The notes under the pieces: generated by a model
The model's database searches: none
What the model saw: the letters and a program-made list of their open reading frames with translations, nothing else
Told to the model about the DNA's origin: nothing
NCBI GenBank assembly: GCA_041687035.1
Contig: JAWLCS010000008.1
Span: forward strand, 12,605 to 76,604
Direction: 5' to 3'
DNA length: 64,000 nt
DNA from: Bacteroidales bacterium
GTDB lineage: Bacteria > Bacteroidota > Bacteroidia > Bacteroidales > UBA7960
Program-made: the position numbers and the translations under genes
Part shown: in pieces, positions 35,609 through 46,194 of the stretch
How positions within the stretch are numbered: the first letter of the stretch is position 1
Layout of the letters: every line of letters begins with the position of its first letter

Positions 35609-36786
35609 AACAAAAATTGATGTTTTTGATGATAATGCTGGCAGGGTGTTTTCTGCCGCTTTCTGCCCAGGATTATGTTGAAAGGATTTTGCAGGAGGTA
35701 GAGAAGAACAATACCACCCTTGCCGCCATAAGGAGCCAGGTGGAGGCTGAAAAGACAGGAAACCAAACCGGCATTTTTCTGCGCAACCCCGAAATGGATC
35801 TTTACCTCTTAAACAGCAGGGATGAGCAGGTGCGAAGGACCAATTTTCACCTGGTACAGCCCTTCGATTTTCCGACACTTTTAGGCAGGCGCAACCAACT
35901 CTCACGGGCACTCAATCAGCAGCTCGATAACCAGTACCTTCAGCACCGGCAGGAGGTTTTGCTTGAAACCCATCAGCTTGTTGTTGACCTGACCTACCAT
36001 AATGCCATGACCCATGAGTTGGAGATAAGGCTTGAGCATGCTGCAAACATTGCCCGCTCTTACGAGGCCATGCTTAATGCCGGCGAGGTCAACATCCTGG
36101 AGCACAACAAGGCGCAGATCAACCTTTTTAATGCACGCAAGGCTGCCGAACTGAATGCTGTGGAGCGTGCGTCACTGCTTGCCCGTTTGCAGGCCCTCAA
36201 TGGCGGGATCGAACTGGAGGTCACAGAAAGTGAGTTTCCTGCTGCGTTGATTCCGCTTGAATTTGCCGAATGGTTTGAGGAGGCTGCCCCCGGCAATCCA
36301 TTTTTGCTGGGTGCCGCCCAGGAAATCGCCATAAGCCAGCAGGAGGAGCGGCTGGCAAGGGCGGCTTGGCTGCCGTCATTCTCGGCGGGCTATATGATGG
36401 AGGCATTACCCATGGAGCGCTTTTCCGGTTTCGGAATGGGCATCTCAATTCCCTTATGGGAAAACAAGAATACCGTAAAATACGCCCGCTTGCACACCTT
36501 GGCCATGCAGCAGCATCAAACCGATCTTGAAACCAGGTTTTTCAGCCAGTTAAAAGGAATGTACGATCAGGCCCGGGCGTTGCAGGAATTATCGATCAAC
36601 TACCGCAGCATGCTGCAAAGCCTCGATAATTCTGAGTTGCTCCTGAAAGCCCTGGAAGCAGGACAAATCTCGCTGATTGAATACATGCTCGAGCTGGGGT
36701 TTTATTACGAAGCAGTGAATATGATGCTTGAAACCGACCGTCGGCTGCATAAAGGGCTGGCAAACATAAGGCATTTTTCTCTTTAA
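35605..36786 (+). CDS. TolC-family outer-membrane efflux protein (CzcC-like)
   Basis: 393 aa with a signal peptide. It shows a 4-nt ATGA overlap with the pump gene and the two-repeat alpha-helical pattern typical of outer-membrane factors. Confidence 0.8.
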   Translation: MKQKLMFLMIMLAGCFLPLSAQDYVERILQEVEKNNTTLAAIRSQVEAEKTGNQTGIFLRNPEMDLYLLNSRDEQVRRTNFHLVQPFDFPTLLGRRNQLSRALNQQLDNQYLQHRQEVLLETHQLVVDLTYHNAMTHELEIRLEHAANIARSYEAMLNAGEVNILEHNKAQINLFNARKAAELNAVERASLLARLQALNGGIELEVTESEFPAALIPLEFAEWFEEAAPGNPFLLGAAQEIAISQQEERLARAAWLPSFSAGYMMEALPMERFSGFGMGISIPLWENKNTVKYARLHTLAMQQHQTDLETRFFSQLKGMYDQARALQELSINYRSMLQSLDNSELLLKALEAGQISLIEYMLELGFYYEAVNMMLETDRRLHKGLANIRHFSL

Positions 36787-36818
36787 CAACAGGACACCTG
36801 ATACCCGTCCAGAATTGA

Positions 36819-36858
36819 ACATAAACTGTCCGAAAAAGGACAGTTTATGTTTTTTTTT
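36819..36858 (+). terminator. Intrinsic terminator after the RND efflux operon
   Basis: Perfect 13-bp stem ACATAAACTGTCC / GGACAGTTTATGT with a GAAAAA loop, followed by T8. Confidence 0.85.
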
Positions 36859-36961
36859 GGCATTAATACTTGTTATTAAATGCTTGTTCGCAGCCATTTG
36901 TAAACGTTGGTTTAATTTTTGATAATTGCATTGAGTTCATACCAAAACAAGTGCAATCTCC

Positions 36962-39586
36962 ATGAAAATAAGTGTGCTGATTTTTTTCTGCCTTTTTTAT
37001 TCTTTTGCTTTGGCCCAAAATGGCGAGAAAAAGCAATACCAGGCTCAGCGACTGGAAGTCGCTGCTCCGGTCATTGACGGGATACTCGATGATGAAGCCT
37101 GGCAGCAGATCGAATGGGAGGGAGGCTTTACGCAATATGAGCCTTATAATGGTCGTGAGCCCTCCCAGCCAACCTTTTTCAAGATACTGTTTGACGAAAA
37201 CAATCTGTATGTGGCTATCCGGGCATTGGATTCGAGTCCTGACAGTATTGTGAACCGCCTGACCCGGCGCGACAGCGAAGATGGTGATGGGGTTGGCATT
37301 GCCTTCGACAGCTATTTCGACCAGCGTACCGCTTTTGTTTTCGGAGTTAGTTCCTCGGGTGTAAAAAGCGATTGGGTAATATCGAACGATGGCGAAAACG
37401 AAGACAAAACCTGGGACCCAAACTGGTGGGTGAAGACCAGCATTAATGATGAAGGCTGGGTGGCTGAAATGCGCATTCCGCTGAGCCAGCTGCGTTTTGA
37501 AAAGGATGGGAGCGGCATCTGGGGCTTACAGGTTTTCCGTAATATTCACCGCCACCGTGAGCTAAGCTTTTGGAATCATATCCCAAAGGATTTGCCCGGA
37601 TTGGTGCGTCATTGTGGTTTGCTTAAAGGGATTGATAACCTGGAACCACGAAAGATTTTTGATCTCACACCATACTCCGTTGCAGCTGCTTCGAGCTATC
37701 CCGTTGAAGAAGGAAACCCTTTCTCCACCGGAAAAGACAGCCAGTTTAAACTGGGTCTGGATGCTAAGATTGGGTTAAGCAATAACTTCACCATGGACAT
37801 GACTTTGAACCCTGACTTTGGTCAGGTTGAAGCAGATCCATCTGAGGTGAATTTATCGGCCTATGAAACCTATTTTCAGGAAAAAAGGCCCTTTTTTATT
37901 GAGGGAAGGAACATTTCCAGCTTTTCCGTTGGACTGGGCGAAGGGGGTATTGGAAATGACAACTTGTTCTATTCGCGCAGAATTGGTCGTAGACCAATGG
38001 GTAGTTTTTATACTAACGGAGATTCATATGCCGACATGCCGGAATTTACCCGCATTCTGGGTGCTGCAAAAGTGACCGGCAAAACTGAGAATGGTCTTTC
38101 CATTGCCATAATCGAATCGGTGACTGCTGAAGAGAAGGCTGAGATCCACTATTTGGGAGAACGATCCTTTGAAACCGTTGAGCCGCTCACAAACTTTTTT
38201 GTGGGCAGGGTGCAAAAAGACATTAACGAAGGAAACACCATTATTGGGGGTATGTTTACCAGTGTGAACCGACGGCTAAACGACAACCTTTCATCGCAAA
38301 TGCACGGTAATGCCTTTTCGGGGGGCATAGATTTTACCCAGTATTTTAAGGAAAAGACCTGGCAGTTTAATATTAATGCTGCCATGAGTCATGTCACAGG
38401 CGACGAAGCCTCCATTCTGCGCACCCAGCGGTCCTCGGCACGCTATTTTCATCGACCGGATGCCAGCCATGTGGAAGTTGACTCCACGCGGACCTCACTG
38501 ACCGGAACTGGTGGGCGCATGCAGTTTGGCAGGTTTGGAGCAGGGCACTGGAGTTTTATGGCTGCCATGCTCTGGAAATCGCCAGCGTTTGAAATCAACG
38601 ACTTGGGGTATATGCGTGAAGCTGACCAGATTTTTTCAGTGCTTTATACCGGATACCGGCAGTGGGAACCCAAAGGCATTTACCGAAACTATAATATTAA
38701 CTTGAACACCTATACCCTATGGAACTTCGATGGAACGCGCATTGTTAGCGGAGGAAATTTAAATGGAAGCATTGGTTTCAAAAACTACTGGAATGCCAAT
38801 GCAGGTGTTGAAATAAGTCATGGAATCACTTCCACCGTTCATTTACGTGGTGGTCCGGCCATAATAATCCCTGATGCAATCAACGGTTGGGCTGGCTTAA
38901 GGACTGATAGTCGCAAGAAGTTATTTGCTGGACTGTCAGGCAATTTTGGGATCGGAGCTGAAAATTACCAACACTTCTACAGGATTGGACCCAATTTTAC
39001 CTATAAACCCTTTGATAACATAAGTTTCTCATTTGCGCCATCATACAGTGAACGCTTTGAGGAACTTCAATATGTTACACTAAAGAGTTTCAATAATGAA
39101 TCCCGCTATCTCTTTGCCTCCATTGACCAAAAAGTCATTAGCTTTTCGTTCAGGGTGAATTACACCATTCTTCCTGACCTTACCATCCAGTTTTGGGGGC
39201 AGCCTTTTGTGGCCTCTGGTAAGTATTATGACTTCAAATACATAACCAACCCCAAAGCGGAGGACTTCAGTGACCGCTTCCATGTATTTAGCGAAAGCCA
39301 GATCCAGTTCTTCGACGGCGCTTATATTATTGATGAAGATCAAAACGGAACAACAGATTACGGATTTGGTAATCCCAATTTCAGGTTCAAGGAATTTCTT
39401 TCAAATCTGGTTATTCGCTGGGAATATAACCCCGGCTCATCAGTTTACCTTGTATGGAGCCAGAACCGATCGGGTTTTGAACCCAATGGCCGCCTGAACT
39501 TCTTCAACGACCTTGGCGATTTGTTTGCCGAAAAGGGAACCAATATCTTTCTGATTAAATTCAGTTACCGCATCGGCGTCAGATAG
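36962..39586 (+). CDS. Large exported protein with N-terminal CBM9-like module (DUF5916-type, probably a beta-barrel)
   Basis: 874 aa with a signal peptide. The N-terminus APVIDGILDDEAWQQIEW...YVAIRALD resembles carbohydrate-binding family 9-like domains. The C-terminal two thirds are rich in alternating beta-strand patterns and end in an aromatic-rich tail (LIKFSYRIGVR). The family assignment is from memory. Confidence 0.55.
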   Translation: MKISVLIFFCLFYSFALAQNGEKKQYQAQRLEVAAPVIDGILDDEAWQQIEWEGGFTQYEPYNGREPSQPTFFKILFDENNLYVAIRALDSSPDSIVNRLTRRDSEDGDGVGIAFDSYFDQRTAFVFGVSSSGVKSDWVISNDGENEDKTWDPNWWVKTSINDEGWVAEMRIPLSQLRFEKDGSGIWGLQVFRNIHRHRELSFWNHIPKDLPGLVRHCGLLKGIDNLEPRKIFDLTPYSVAAASSYPVEEGNPFSTGKDSQFKLGLDAKIGLSNNFTMDMTLNPDFGQVEADPSEVNLSAYETYFQEKRPFFIEGRNISSFSVGLGEGGIGNDNLFYSRRIGRRPMGSFYTNGDSYADMPEFTRILGAAKVTGKTENGLSIAIIESVTAEEKAEIHYLGERSFETVEPLTNFFVGRVQKDINEGNTIIGGMFTSVNRRLNDNLSSQMHGNAFSGGIDFTQYFKEKTWQFNINAAMSHVTGDEASILRTQRSSARYFHRPDASHVEVDSTRTSLTGTGGRMQFGRFGAGHWSFMAAMLWKSPAFEINDLGYMREADQIFSVLYTGYRQWEPKGIYRNYNINLNTYTLWNFDGTRIVSGGNLNGSIGFKNYWNANAGVEISHGITSTVHLRGGPAIIIPDAINGWAGLRTDSRKKLFAGLSGNFGIGAENYQHFYRIGPNFTYKPFDNISFSFAPSYSERFEELQYVTLKSFNNESRYLFASIDQKVISFSFRVNYTILPDLTIQFWGQPFVASGKYYDFKYITNPKAEDFSDRFHVFSESQIQFFDGAYIIDEDQNGTTDYGFGNPNFRFKEFLSNLVIRWEYNPGSSVYLVWSQNRSGFEPNGRLNFFNDLGDLFAEKGTNIFLIKFSYRIGVR

Positions 39587-39590
39587 TTTT

Positions 39591-42176
39591 TCAAAGCTTT
39601 AAAGGCGAATCTCCAAACCGGATGTTATTGAGGCTCGTGTATGTAATTCTGCCTGGCTCCTGTTCTGCATTTAGGCTGATAATTTTTGGGATGCCTGGCA
39701 GCAGGTCGAAATAATTGTCAGAAAACCTGACCTCCTTGTTCTCGGCTTCAAGATACACACCCTTTATGAGCCCCGTGGAAAAGAGCTCGATTTCAAGTCC
39801 ACTCTCAACTTTTCTCATTTTGTATTCTATTGAAAAGGGCTCAAGGTCATATTCAAGGGGCCGAACAGGATACAAGACGTTTTCATGCTGAATGTCTTCC
39901 CCGGTAAGGGTTGTGTGAAGAATCCAGTTGTTTTGACCGGCAAGGGCGAGCGATTCAAGGCTTTCCGCGAAAGCGACCTTGCTTTTATTTGCTTTTACCA
40001 CGATGTCTGCTTCCGTCTCCCTTATAATAATGCCATTGAGGTTTATAAAGGTAAGTGTCAGCGTGGCTGACAAATCAATGAGCAGGTCCGAAACCACACA
40101 AACCCTCACTTCACCCTCTTCAATGGCAGGGCTGACAATCACCGGCTCATTGGCCTTTTTTACAGCATAATGGCTAGCTTTCCAGTTGCCAAAATAATCG
40201 ACGGTCGACCATGAAGTGGTCGGCCAGCAATCGTTGAGTTGCCAGTATAGCGAGCCCATGCAGTGGGGCATGTTGCGCCGGTGGGCCTCCAGGGCCGTTT
40301 TGTAAGCCTTGGCCTGCACCAGTTGGCTTACAAAGGCCAGTTCTTCAAAAGATTTGGGTTCGGGGTAATATTGCCTGGCATACCATTCGATCATGTAGTT
40401 TCCGTTGAATCCTGGCGAATGCCACTCCATGCGGCTTCGCTGGCGGTGGTCGAGTATGGGCGCGTTTACCCACAAGGAATCGTCGCCGGCAAAGTACCTT
40501 ATGGTTTCCACGTGGGCGAACGACTGCAACCCGTATTCGCTGACAAAGCGCGGCACATTCTTTTCGTAGTTGCTGAAAGGGGCCTGCCCGAAATACACGG
40601 TCCAGTCGTGCTCATCGCCCGAGCGGCGGTCGGCAAGGGTATTACCCACCGAGCTGGGAGAGGAGGAGTGGTAGGCGGTTTTAGGGTCGAATTGCTCAAC
40701 GGCCTGTGGCAGAATTTCGTAAAAGATACGTTCGTAAGTTTCCCACACAAAGGCAGCCTGCTCCGGGGTGAACATATCCTGCCAGTTCCAGTGGTGCCAG
40801 CCGTGCAGGTTTTCGTTGTTACCGCACCAGAGTGCCATGCTGGCATGATTGCGCAGGCGTTTCACGTTGTATTCGGCTTCCTTGCGGATATTATCCAGGT
40901 GGGCTTCATCACCTGGCTGCAGCGCGCAGGCAAACATAAAGTCTTGCCAAACAAGTATTCCATTCTGGTCGCACAGTTCATAAAAAATGTCATCCTTGTA
41001 TATGGCGCCGCCCCATACGCGCAGCATATTCATGTGGGCATCGGCCGCATTGGCAATCAATTGCTCGTATCTTTCGCGGGTAATGCGAGGTGTAAGGGTT
41101 TCTGAGGGGATTACATTGGCACCCTTCATAAATACCGGCACACCGTTGAGTTCGAAGTGAAATGTATGGCCAACTTCATCAGGATCCTGAACCAGTTTCA
41201 GGGTGCGAATACCAAAGTTGAGGGTGTGGGTATCGATTATTTTATCGTCTTTTTCCAATAAAAATTCGGTTTTGTAAAGATAGGGTTCACCCAATCCGTT
41301 CGACCACCATAGCTTTGGATTGGTAACGGGCAGCATTTGCCTGACAGGAAATAAACCTGCCTGCAAGCCGGGAAGAGGTATTCGACTCACTTCCTGATCG
41401 TCCATTTTGGTTACCAGTAAATAATCTCCATCTTGTATCAGATCGAGCACCACATCCATTTTTACTATGGCCATGTCGGTTCCGATAGAGTCGGTTGCAA
41501 GGTATGGATCGGTAATACGGGCGTGGCTCCAGGCATTAATTTTTATGGGGCGCCATATACCACTGGTTACCAGGCGCGGACCCCAGTCCCATCCATAATG
41601 AAAGGGCGCTTTTCGGGTAAATATGTTGGTTTGCTCACCTTTGGGCGCTTGTTCGTTCTCGGCCGGGAGTAGGTAATCGAGCCGCTGCAATTTCTCCATT
41701 CCTTTGTTAAGCGGAGAATGGAAATAAATCAGGAGTTCATTTTTACCACTTTTAAGCACATTTTTCACGTTTACTTCCCACCCCAGGAACATATTATCTG
41801 CTTCCAGGATTTTTTCCCCGTTAAGGAATACGTCGGCGTAGGTGTCGAGGCCCTTGAAATCGAGCACAATGGCATCGTGACGGAGCATTGCTCTGGGCAC
41901 CCTGAAAACGGTGCGATACTCCCAGTCTTCTTTTTCAACCCATTGCACCAGGTCTTCGTTTTTTTCAATAAACGGGTCAGGGATAAGGTTGTGGGCCAGC
42001 AGGTCGTCGTGGATGGTACCCGGAACACTGGCCTCAAGCCAGGTCTCTCTGCCTGCCTGTCGGAAATGCCAGCCAACAGCAAGCGAAATTTCTGAGGGGT
42101 TTTTATCAGAACAGGCTGAAAATGTAATGATGGTTAAAGTGAAAAGAAAAAATCGTCTTATCGGTCCTCTTTTCAT
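39591..42176 (-). CDS. GH2 family beta-mannosidase lipoprotein
   Basis: The ORF-track start at 42206 is a TTG, so I use the ATG at 42176 (MKRGPIRRFF...FSAC lipobox). Motifs WWSNGLGEPYLY, NMLRVWGGAIYKDDIFYELCDQNGILVWQDFMFAC, WCGNNEN (acid/base) and FVSEYGLQS (nucleophile) are typical of beta-mannosidases. Confidence 0.85.
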   Translation of the reverse strand: MKRGPIRRFFLFTLTIITFSACSDKNPSEISLAVGWHFRQAGRETWLEASVPGTIHDDLLAHNLIPDPFIEKNEDLVQWVEKEDWEYRTVFRVPRAMLRHDAIVLDFKGLDTYADVFLNGEKILEADNMFLGWEVNVKNVLKSGKNELLIYFHSPLNKGMEKLQRLDYLLPAENEQAPKGEQTNIFTRKAPFHYGWDWGPRLVTSGIWRPIKINAWSHARITDPYLATDSIGTDMAIVKMDVVLDLIQDGDYLLVTKMDDQEVSRIPLPGLQAGLFPVRQMLPVTNPKLWWSNGLGEPYLYKTEFLLEKDDKIIDTHTLNFGIRTLKLVQDPDEVGHTFHFELNGVPVFMKGANVIPSETLTPRITRERYEQLIANAADAHMNMLRVWGGAIYKDDIFYELCDQNGILVWQDFMFACALQPGDEAHLDNIRKEAEYNVKRLRNHASMALWCGNNENLHGWHHWNWQDMFTPEQAAFVWETYERIFYEILPQAVEQFDPKTAYHSSSPSSVGNTLADRRSGDEHDWTVYFGQAPFSNYEKNVPRFVSEYGLQSFAHVETIRYFAGDDSLWVNAPILDHRQRSRMEWHSPGFNGNYMIEWYARQYYPEPKSFEELAFVSQLVQAKAYKTALEAHRRNMPHCMGSLYWQLNDCWPTTSWSTVDYFGNWKASHYAVKKANEPVIVSPAIEEGEVRVCVVSDLLIDLSATLTLTFINLNGIIIRETEADIVVKANKSKVAFAESLESLALAGQNNWILHTTLTGEDIQHENVLYPVRPLEYDLEPFSIEYKMRKVESGLEIELFSTGLIKGVYLEAENKEVRFSDNYFDLLPGIPKIISLNAEQEPGRITYTSLNNIRFGDSPLKL

Positions 42177-42304
42177 AGCTTGGGTTTTAAAAAGGTAAGT
42201 CAACAAATTTCTTCAAATTTAGGCGAAAAAATAATCCCGATGGCTTGCCCGCAATTATTCGGTCATTATTGACTAAATTAGCCTTTCGATTTAAAGCCAT
42301 TACA

Positions 42305-43966
42305 ATGAAGAAATTTCTTATTCCCTTGCTGCTGTTTGTTGCCTTTTTGGTTGGGTTTGCAGTGGCTCTCACCGACAATGTCATAACCACGGTCATGATT
42401 CAGCATGCTTCGCGGTTGATTGGGCTGGAGTTTTCTGAAAGTCAAAACGAGATGATGGTTCGCAACCTGGACATGAATCGCCAGGCTTATGCTTCCATTC
42501 GCGATTTTGAACTAAAAAATGAGGTTGCCCCAGCCCTGGTTTTCGATCCTTTACCTGCGGGCTACAACCCACCGGTTCCCACCGGAAAGATAATTTGGGA
42601 GATCCCCGCGGATGTGCCTTTGCCGGCCAACAGGGATGAACTGGCTTTTTACTCCATTCCACAGCTGGCCTCTCTTATTCAAAGTCGTCGTATTAGCGCC
42701 GAGGAGCTTACCAGGTTTTTTCTTGAACGCCTCGACAAGTATGGCGACACTTTGCAGGCAGTAGTTACCATTACCCGCGAAACGGCAATGGCGCAGGCTC
42801 GTTATGCCGATCGCGAAATTGCCATGGGTCGTTACCGTGGTCCCCTTCACGGCATTCCCTACGGCGCCAAAGACCTGCTGGCCGTTGAGGGTTTTAAAAC
42901 CACCTGGGGCGCCATGCCCTACAAAGACCAAAGGATTGACCAGACTGCCACCGTCATTCGCAAGCTTGATGAGGCTGGCGCTATACTTGTGGCCAAACTG
43001 ACGCTTGGCGCGCTGGCTATGGGAGATATCTGGTTTGGTGGAGTTACTAAAAATCCGTGGAACCTTGAACAAGGCTCCAGCGGCTCTTCGGCCGGATCGG
43101 CATCCACCGTGTCGGCGGGCCTGTTGCCGTTTGCAATAGGCACCGAAACCTTGGGAAGTATTGTTTCCCCTTCCACACGCTGCGGTGTTACCGGCCTCAG
43201 GCCTACCTTCGGAAGGGTAAGCCGCAGCGGTGCCATGGCCCTGAGCTGGAGCATGGACAAGATTGGTCCCATTGCGCGCAGCGCGAACGACTGCGCCATT
43301 GTATTAGAGGCCATTGCCGGCAGTGATCCTGGCGATGTCACCTCACGCGATGTCGCTTTTGTCGTTCCTTCCTCGCAACAGGTTCGAAACTTCAGGGTAG
43401 GTTATATCAAAAGCTTTTTTGAACAAGATTACCCCGGCAACGAAAACGACCGTCAGGTATTGGCCGACCTGGAAAAAATGGGTTTTGAATTGGATGAGGT
43501 GGAATGGGATTTTGACTTGCCCGTTTCTGCAATGCGTATTATCCTGACAGCTGAAGCTGCTGCTGCCTTTAATGAACTTACCGTTTCAAAACGCGACAGC
43601 CTGCTGGTGGCACAGGGCGCCAATGCCTGGCCAAACACTTTTCGCGCTGCCCGGTTTATCCCGGCCGTGGAATACATTAACGCCAACCGGCTTCGTAGTA
43701 TGCTTATTCAACAAGTGCATGAGCTGATGAAGGAATACGATGTGATTGTTACACCTTCGTATGGAGGAACCCAGTTACTGGTAACAAACCTCACGGGCCA
43801 ACCCTGTCTGGTAGCACCCAATGGTTTTAACGCCAACGGAAGCCCAACAAGTATTTCCTTTATAGGAAACCTTTTTGAAGAAGGAAAGTTGGTGGCATTG
43901 GCTAATGCGTGGCAGGAATATTCGGGCCATCATCTCAAGCAGCCCCCGTTGTTTAAGGTCAACTGA
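42305..43966 (+). CDS. Amidase-signature family amidase, exported or membrane-anchored
   Basis: The start is moved to the ATG at 42305 (MKKFLIPLLLFVAFLVGFAVA). Amidase-signature elements are GIPYGAKDLL (Lys), GSSGSSAGSAS (Gly/Ser-rich loop) and GTETLGSIVSPS. Confidence 0.85.
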   Translation: MKKFLIPLLLFVAFLVGFAVALTDNVITTVMIQHASRLIGLEFSESQNEMMVRNLDMNRQAYASIRDFELKNEVAPALVFDPLPAGYNPPVPTGKIIWEIPADVPLPANRDELAFYSIPQLASLIQSRRISAEELTRFFLERLDKYGDTLQAVVTITRETAMAQARYADREIAMGRYRGPLHGIPYGAKDLLAVEGFKTTWGAMPYKDQRIDQTATVIRKLDEAGAILVAKLTLGALAMGDIWFGGVTKNPWNLEQGSSGSSAGSASTVSAGLLPFAIGTETLGSIVSPSTRCGVTGLRPTFGRVSRSGAMALSWSMDKIGPIARSANDCAIVLEAIAGSDPGDVTSRDVAFVVPSSQQVRNFRVGYIKSFFEQDYPGNENDRQVLADLEKMGFELDEVEWDFDLPVSAMRIILTAEAAAAFNELTVSKRDSLLVAQGANAWPNTFRAARFIPAVEYINANRLRSMLIQQVHELMKEYDVIVTPSYGGTQLLVTNLTGQPCLVAPNGFNANGSPTSISFIGNLFEEGKLVALANAWQEYSGHHLKQPPLFKVN

Positions 43967-43990
43967 TTGTAAACCATTAGTTTAAATGTT

Positions 43991-45109
43991 ATGGAAGTTA
44001 AATTGCCTACGTATGCCAAGTTGGTTATAATCCTGCTGGGAATAGTACTTACGGTTTTTATAATGATAGAGGCCAAGTCGGTACTCGTGCCCCTTTTGAT
44101 CTCGGGTTTGCTGGCGGTGCTTATCAGCCCGCTAACCAGCTGGCTCGAACGGCATAAAATACCCAAAGCCCTTGCCAGTATTTTAAGCCTGGTGGCTTTG
44201 CTTGGGTTTCTGGCCGGCTTAGTATATTTATTGTATAACCAGCTAATCGGCTTTGCTGATGACCTGGGGGCTCTTGAAGCCAAGGTTACAGAACTTTTAA
44301 ACAATTTTAACGATTTCATCAATTCCCATGTTGAGGGGGTGGTGCCGATCTCGGTCGGAAGTTTGAAAGACAATGTTTTTAGTTATCTGAAAGGAAATGT
44401 TGCATCTATTACGCAGGGTGCCATTGCCACGGCATCATCTTTTACCATGCTGTTTATTTTGCCGATTTATATTTTTCTTTTCCTTTATTTCAGGCATTTT
44501 CTTGTTGAGTTTCTGATGATGGCCTTTGCCGACAAGCACAAGGACAAGGTAAAAAATGCTACAGGAAAAATTAAAAAGGTAGTTCAGAACTACATTGTGG
44601 GTATGTTCATGGTTATAATCATCCTGGCGGTACTTAACAGCATTGCCCTGTTCAGTCTGGGAATTAAGCATGCCTTGCTGTTTGCCATTTTTGCTGCCAT
44701 GCTCAATGTTATTCCTTATGTGGGTCCGCTTATCGGTTCCACATTGCCCATTCTTTTTGCTTTGCTAACCAAGGATTCGCTTTGGTATCCCTTTGGCGTT
44801 TTCCTGGCTTTCTATTTCATTCAGTTGGCTGAAAGCAATTTTTTCACTCCCAGGATCGTAGGAGGGAAGGTTTCGATGAACCCTTTCATGACCATTGTGG
44901 CCTTGTTTATGGGTAACTTTATCTGGGGCCTTATGGGAATGATATTGTTTATCCCGGGTATGGCGGTGCTTAAGGTGATCTTCGACGAAATCCCCGGCAT
45001 GGAGCCATATGGATTTCTGCTTGGCGATACTAAGGCCTCGGCTGAGAAAAAAGAAACCCGCACCCTTCGTGATAAGATAACCAGAGTAAGGGGCCGCTTC
45101 AAGGTCTGA
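43991..45109 (+). CDS. AI-2E family transporter (PerM/UPF0118)
   Basis: 372 aa with about 8 hydrophobic helices. The central IKKVVQNYIVGMF and C-terminal IPYVGPLIGS...ESNFFTPRIVG patterns are characteristic of the family. Confidence 0.85.
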   Translation: MEVKLPTYAKLVIILLGIVLTVFIMIEAKSVLVPLLISGLLAVLISPLTSWLERHKIPKALASILSLVALLGFLAGLVYLLYNQLIGFADDLGALEAKVTELLNNFNDFINSHVEGVVPISVGSLKDNVFSYLKGNVASITQGAIATASSFTMLFILPIYIFLFLYFRHFLVEFLMMAFADKHKDKVKNATGKIKKVVQNYIVGMFMVIIILAVLNSIALFSLGIKHALLFAIFAAMLNVIPYVGPLIGSTLPILFALLTKDSLWYPFGVFLAFYFIQLAESNFFTPRIVGGKVSMNPFMTIVALFMGNFIWGLMGMILFIPGMAVLKVIFDEIPGMEPYGFLLGDTKASAEKKETRTLRDKITRVRGRFKV

Positions 45110-45117
45110 GCAAACCC

Positions 45118-45876
45118 TTACTGCTGCCGGTAATTTGCCGGATAAACCACATCAGTAAGAAAAAGGCCGCTGCCGGGCGCTGAAAAACCAGCCTGGCCGC
45201 GGTCTTTGCTTTCAATAATGGAAGCAAAATCATCGGGCGAGATTTTTCCCAGGCCCACATCGACCAGGGTGCCAACAATTGCACGAACCATATTTCTAAG
45301 AAAGCGGTCGGCCGTAATTTCAAATCGCAATATATTTCCTTCCTTTTCCCAACGGGCTTTTGCAATCTTGCAAAGAAAGGTTTTAACCTGGGTATTGCTT
45401 TTTGAGAAGCTTTCAAAATCTTCGTAGGCCAACAGCAGGTCGGCAGCCTGCTGCATGGCCTCCAGGTTAAGCCGCCGCTCTACAAGCCATGAACGGCCGT
45501 ATTGAAAAGGGTCTTTATGCCTGCAGATATTATAATGGTAGGTGCGGCTTGTGGCGCTGAAACGGGCATGAATGTCAGGTTGTACGGCTTCAATCTTGTT
45601 TATGGCAATGTCGGAGGGCAAAATCCGGTTCAACTTATAGGTTAGCTGCGGCAAATTGAGTTCTTCGGCCAGCAAAGCGGTGTCGAAGTGAGCGGCAAAG
45701 GTGCTGGCATGCACCCCCGTGTCGGTACGGCCGCAGCCTGTGGTTTGCACATCTTCTCTCAGCAGCACCGATAGAGCGTTGTTGAGCGTTTGTTGCACGC
45801 TGGGTGAGCCCGGCTGTATCTGCCAGCCGCAGTAAACCGTGCCTTCGTAACTGAGCCAAACAAAATACCTGTTCAT
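45118..45876 (-). CDS. truA: tRNA pseudouridine(38-40) synthase TruA
   Basis: The ORF-track start at 45909 is a TTG, so I prefer the ATG at 45876 (MNRYFVWLSYEGTVYCGWQIQ). The catalytic Asp context is GCGRTDTGVHAS. Confidence 0.9.
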   Translation of the reverse strand: MNRYFVWLSYEGTVYCGWQIQPGSPSVQQTLNNALSVLLREDVQTTGCGRTDTGVHASTFAAHFDTALLAEELNLPQLTYKLNRILPSDIAINKIEAVQPDIHARFSATSRTYHYNICRHKDPFQYGRSWLVERRLNLEAMQQAADLLLAYEDFESFSKSNTQVKTFLCKIAKARWEKEGNILRFEITADRFLRNMVRAIVGTLVDVGLGKISPDDFASIIESKDRGQAGFSAPGSGLFLTDVVYPANYRQQ

Positions 45877-46122
45877 GGATGGAATTTTTTTGTGATCTGT
45901 CTTTTGCAAAGCTAAATCAAATTAATAAAAGAAAGAATCCAGAAGTTTTTGAAAAAAAATAGCGAAAGTAAATTTAGTAATATCATTTTTTACTTATAGA
46001 CAAAAATCTGATAAACAGCAATTTAATGATTTAATAAAGAAAAAATTATTTAGTATCATTCTAAATAAGGGTGCTTTGCTAAAATTATTAGAGAAAAAAT
46101 TATTTAATTAAAAACTAGTTGC

Positions 46123-46130
46123 TATATTTG
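46123..46130 (+). promoter_or_regulatory. Candidate -7 promoter box for hydrogenase locus 1
   Basis: TATATTTG matches TAnnTTTG, 65 nt upstream of the ATG at 46195. An A/C-rich leader follows. Confidence 0.4.
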
Positions 46131-46194
46131 GCCCGGAATACTGAAAATCAACCCTAAATACAAACAAACAACAAACAATCAGAAAGGGATTAAT

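Noticed and set aside
45910-46194. Rex operator upstream of hydrogenase locus 1
   Set aside because: There is no TGTGAA or TTCACA half-site. Only AT-rich inverted repeats (AGTAA...TTACT, TTTAG...CTAAA) and a direct repeat GAAAAAATTATTTA x2 are present, and these do not resemble the Rex consensus.
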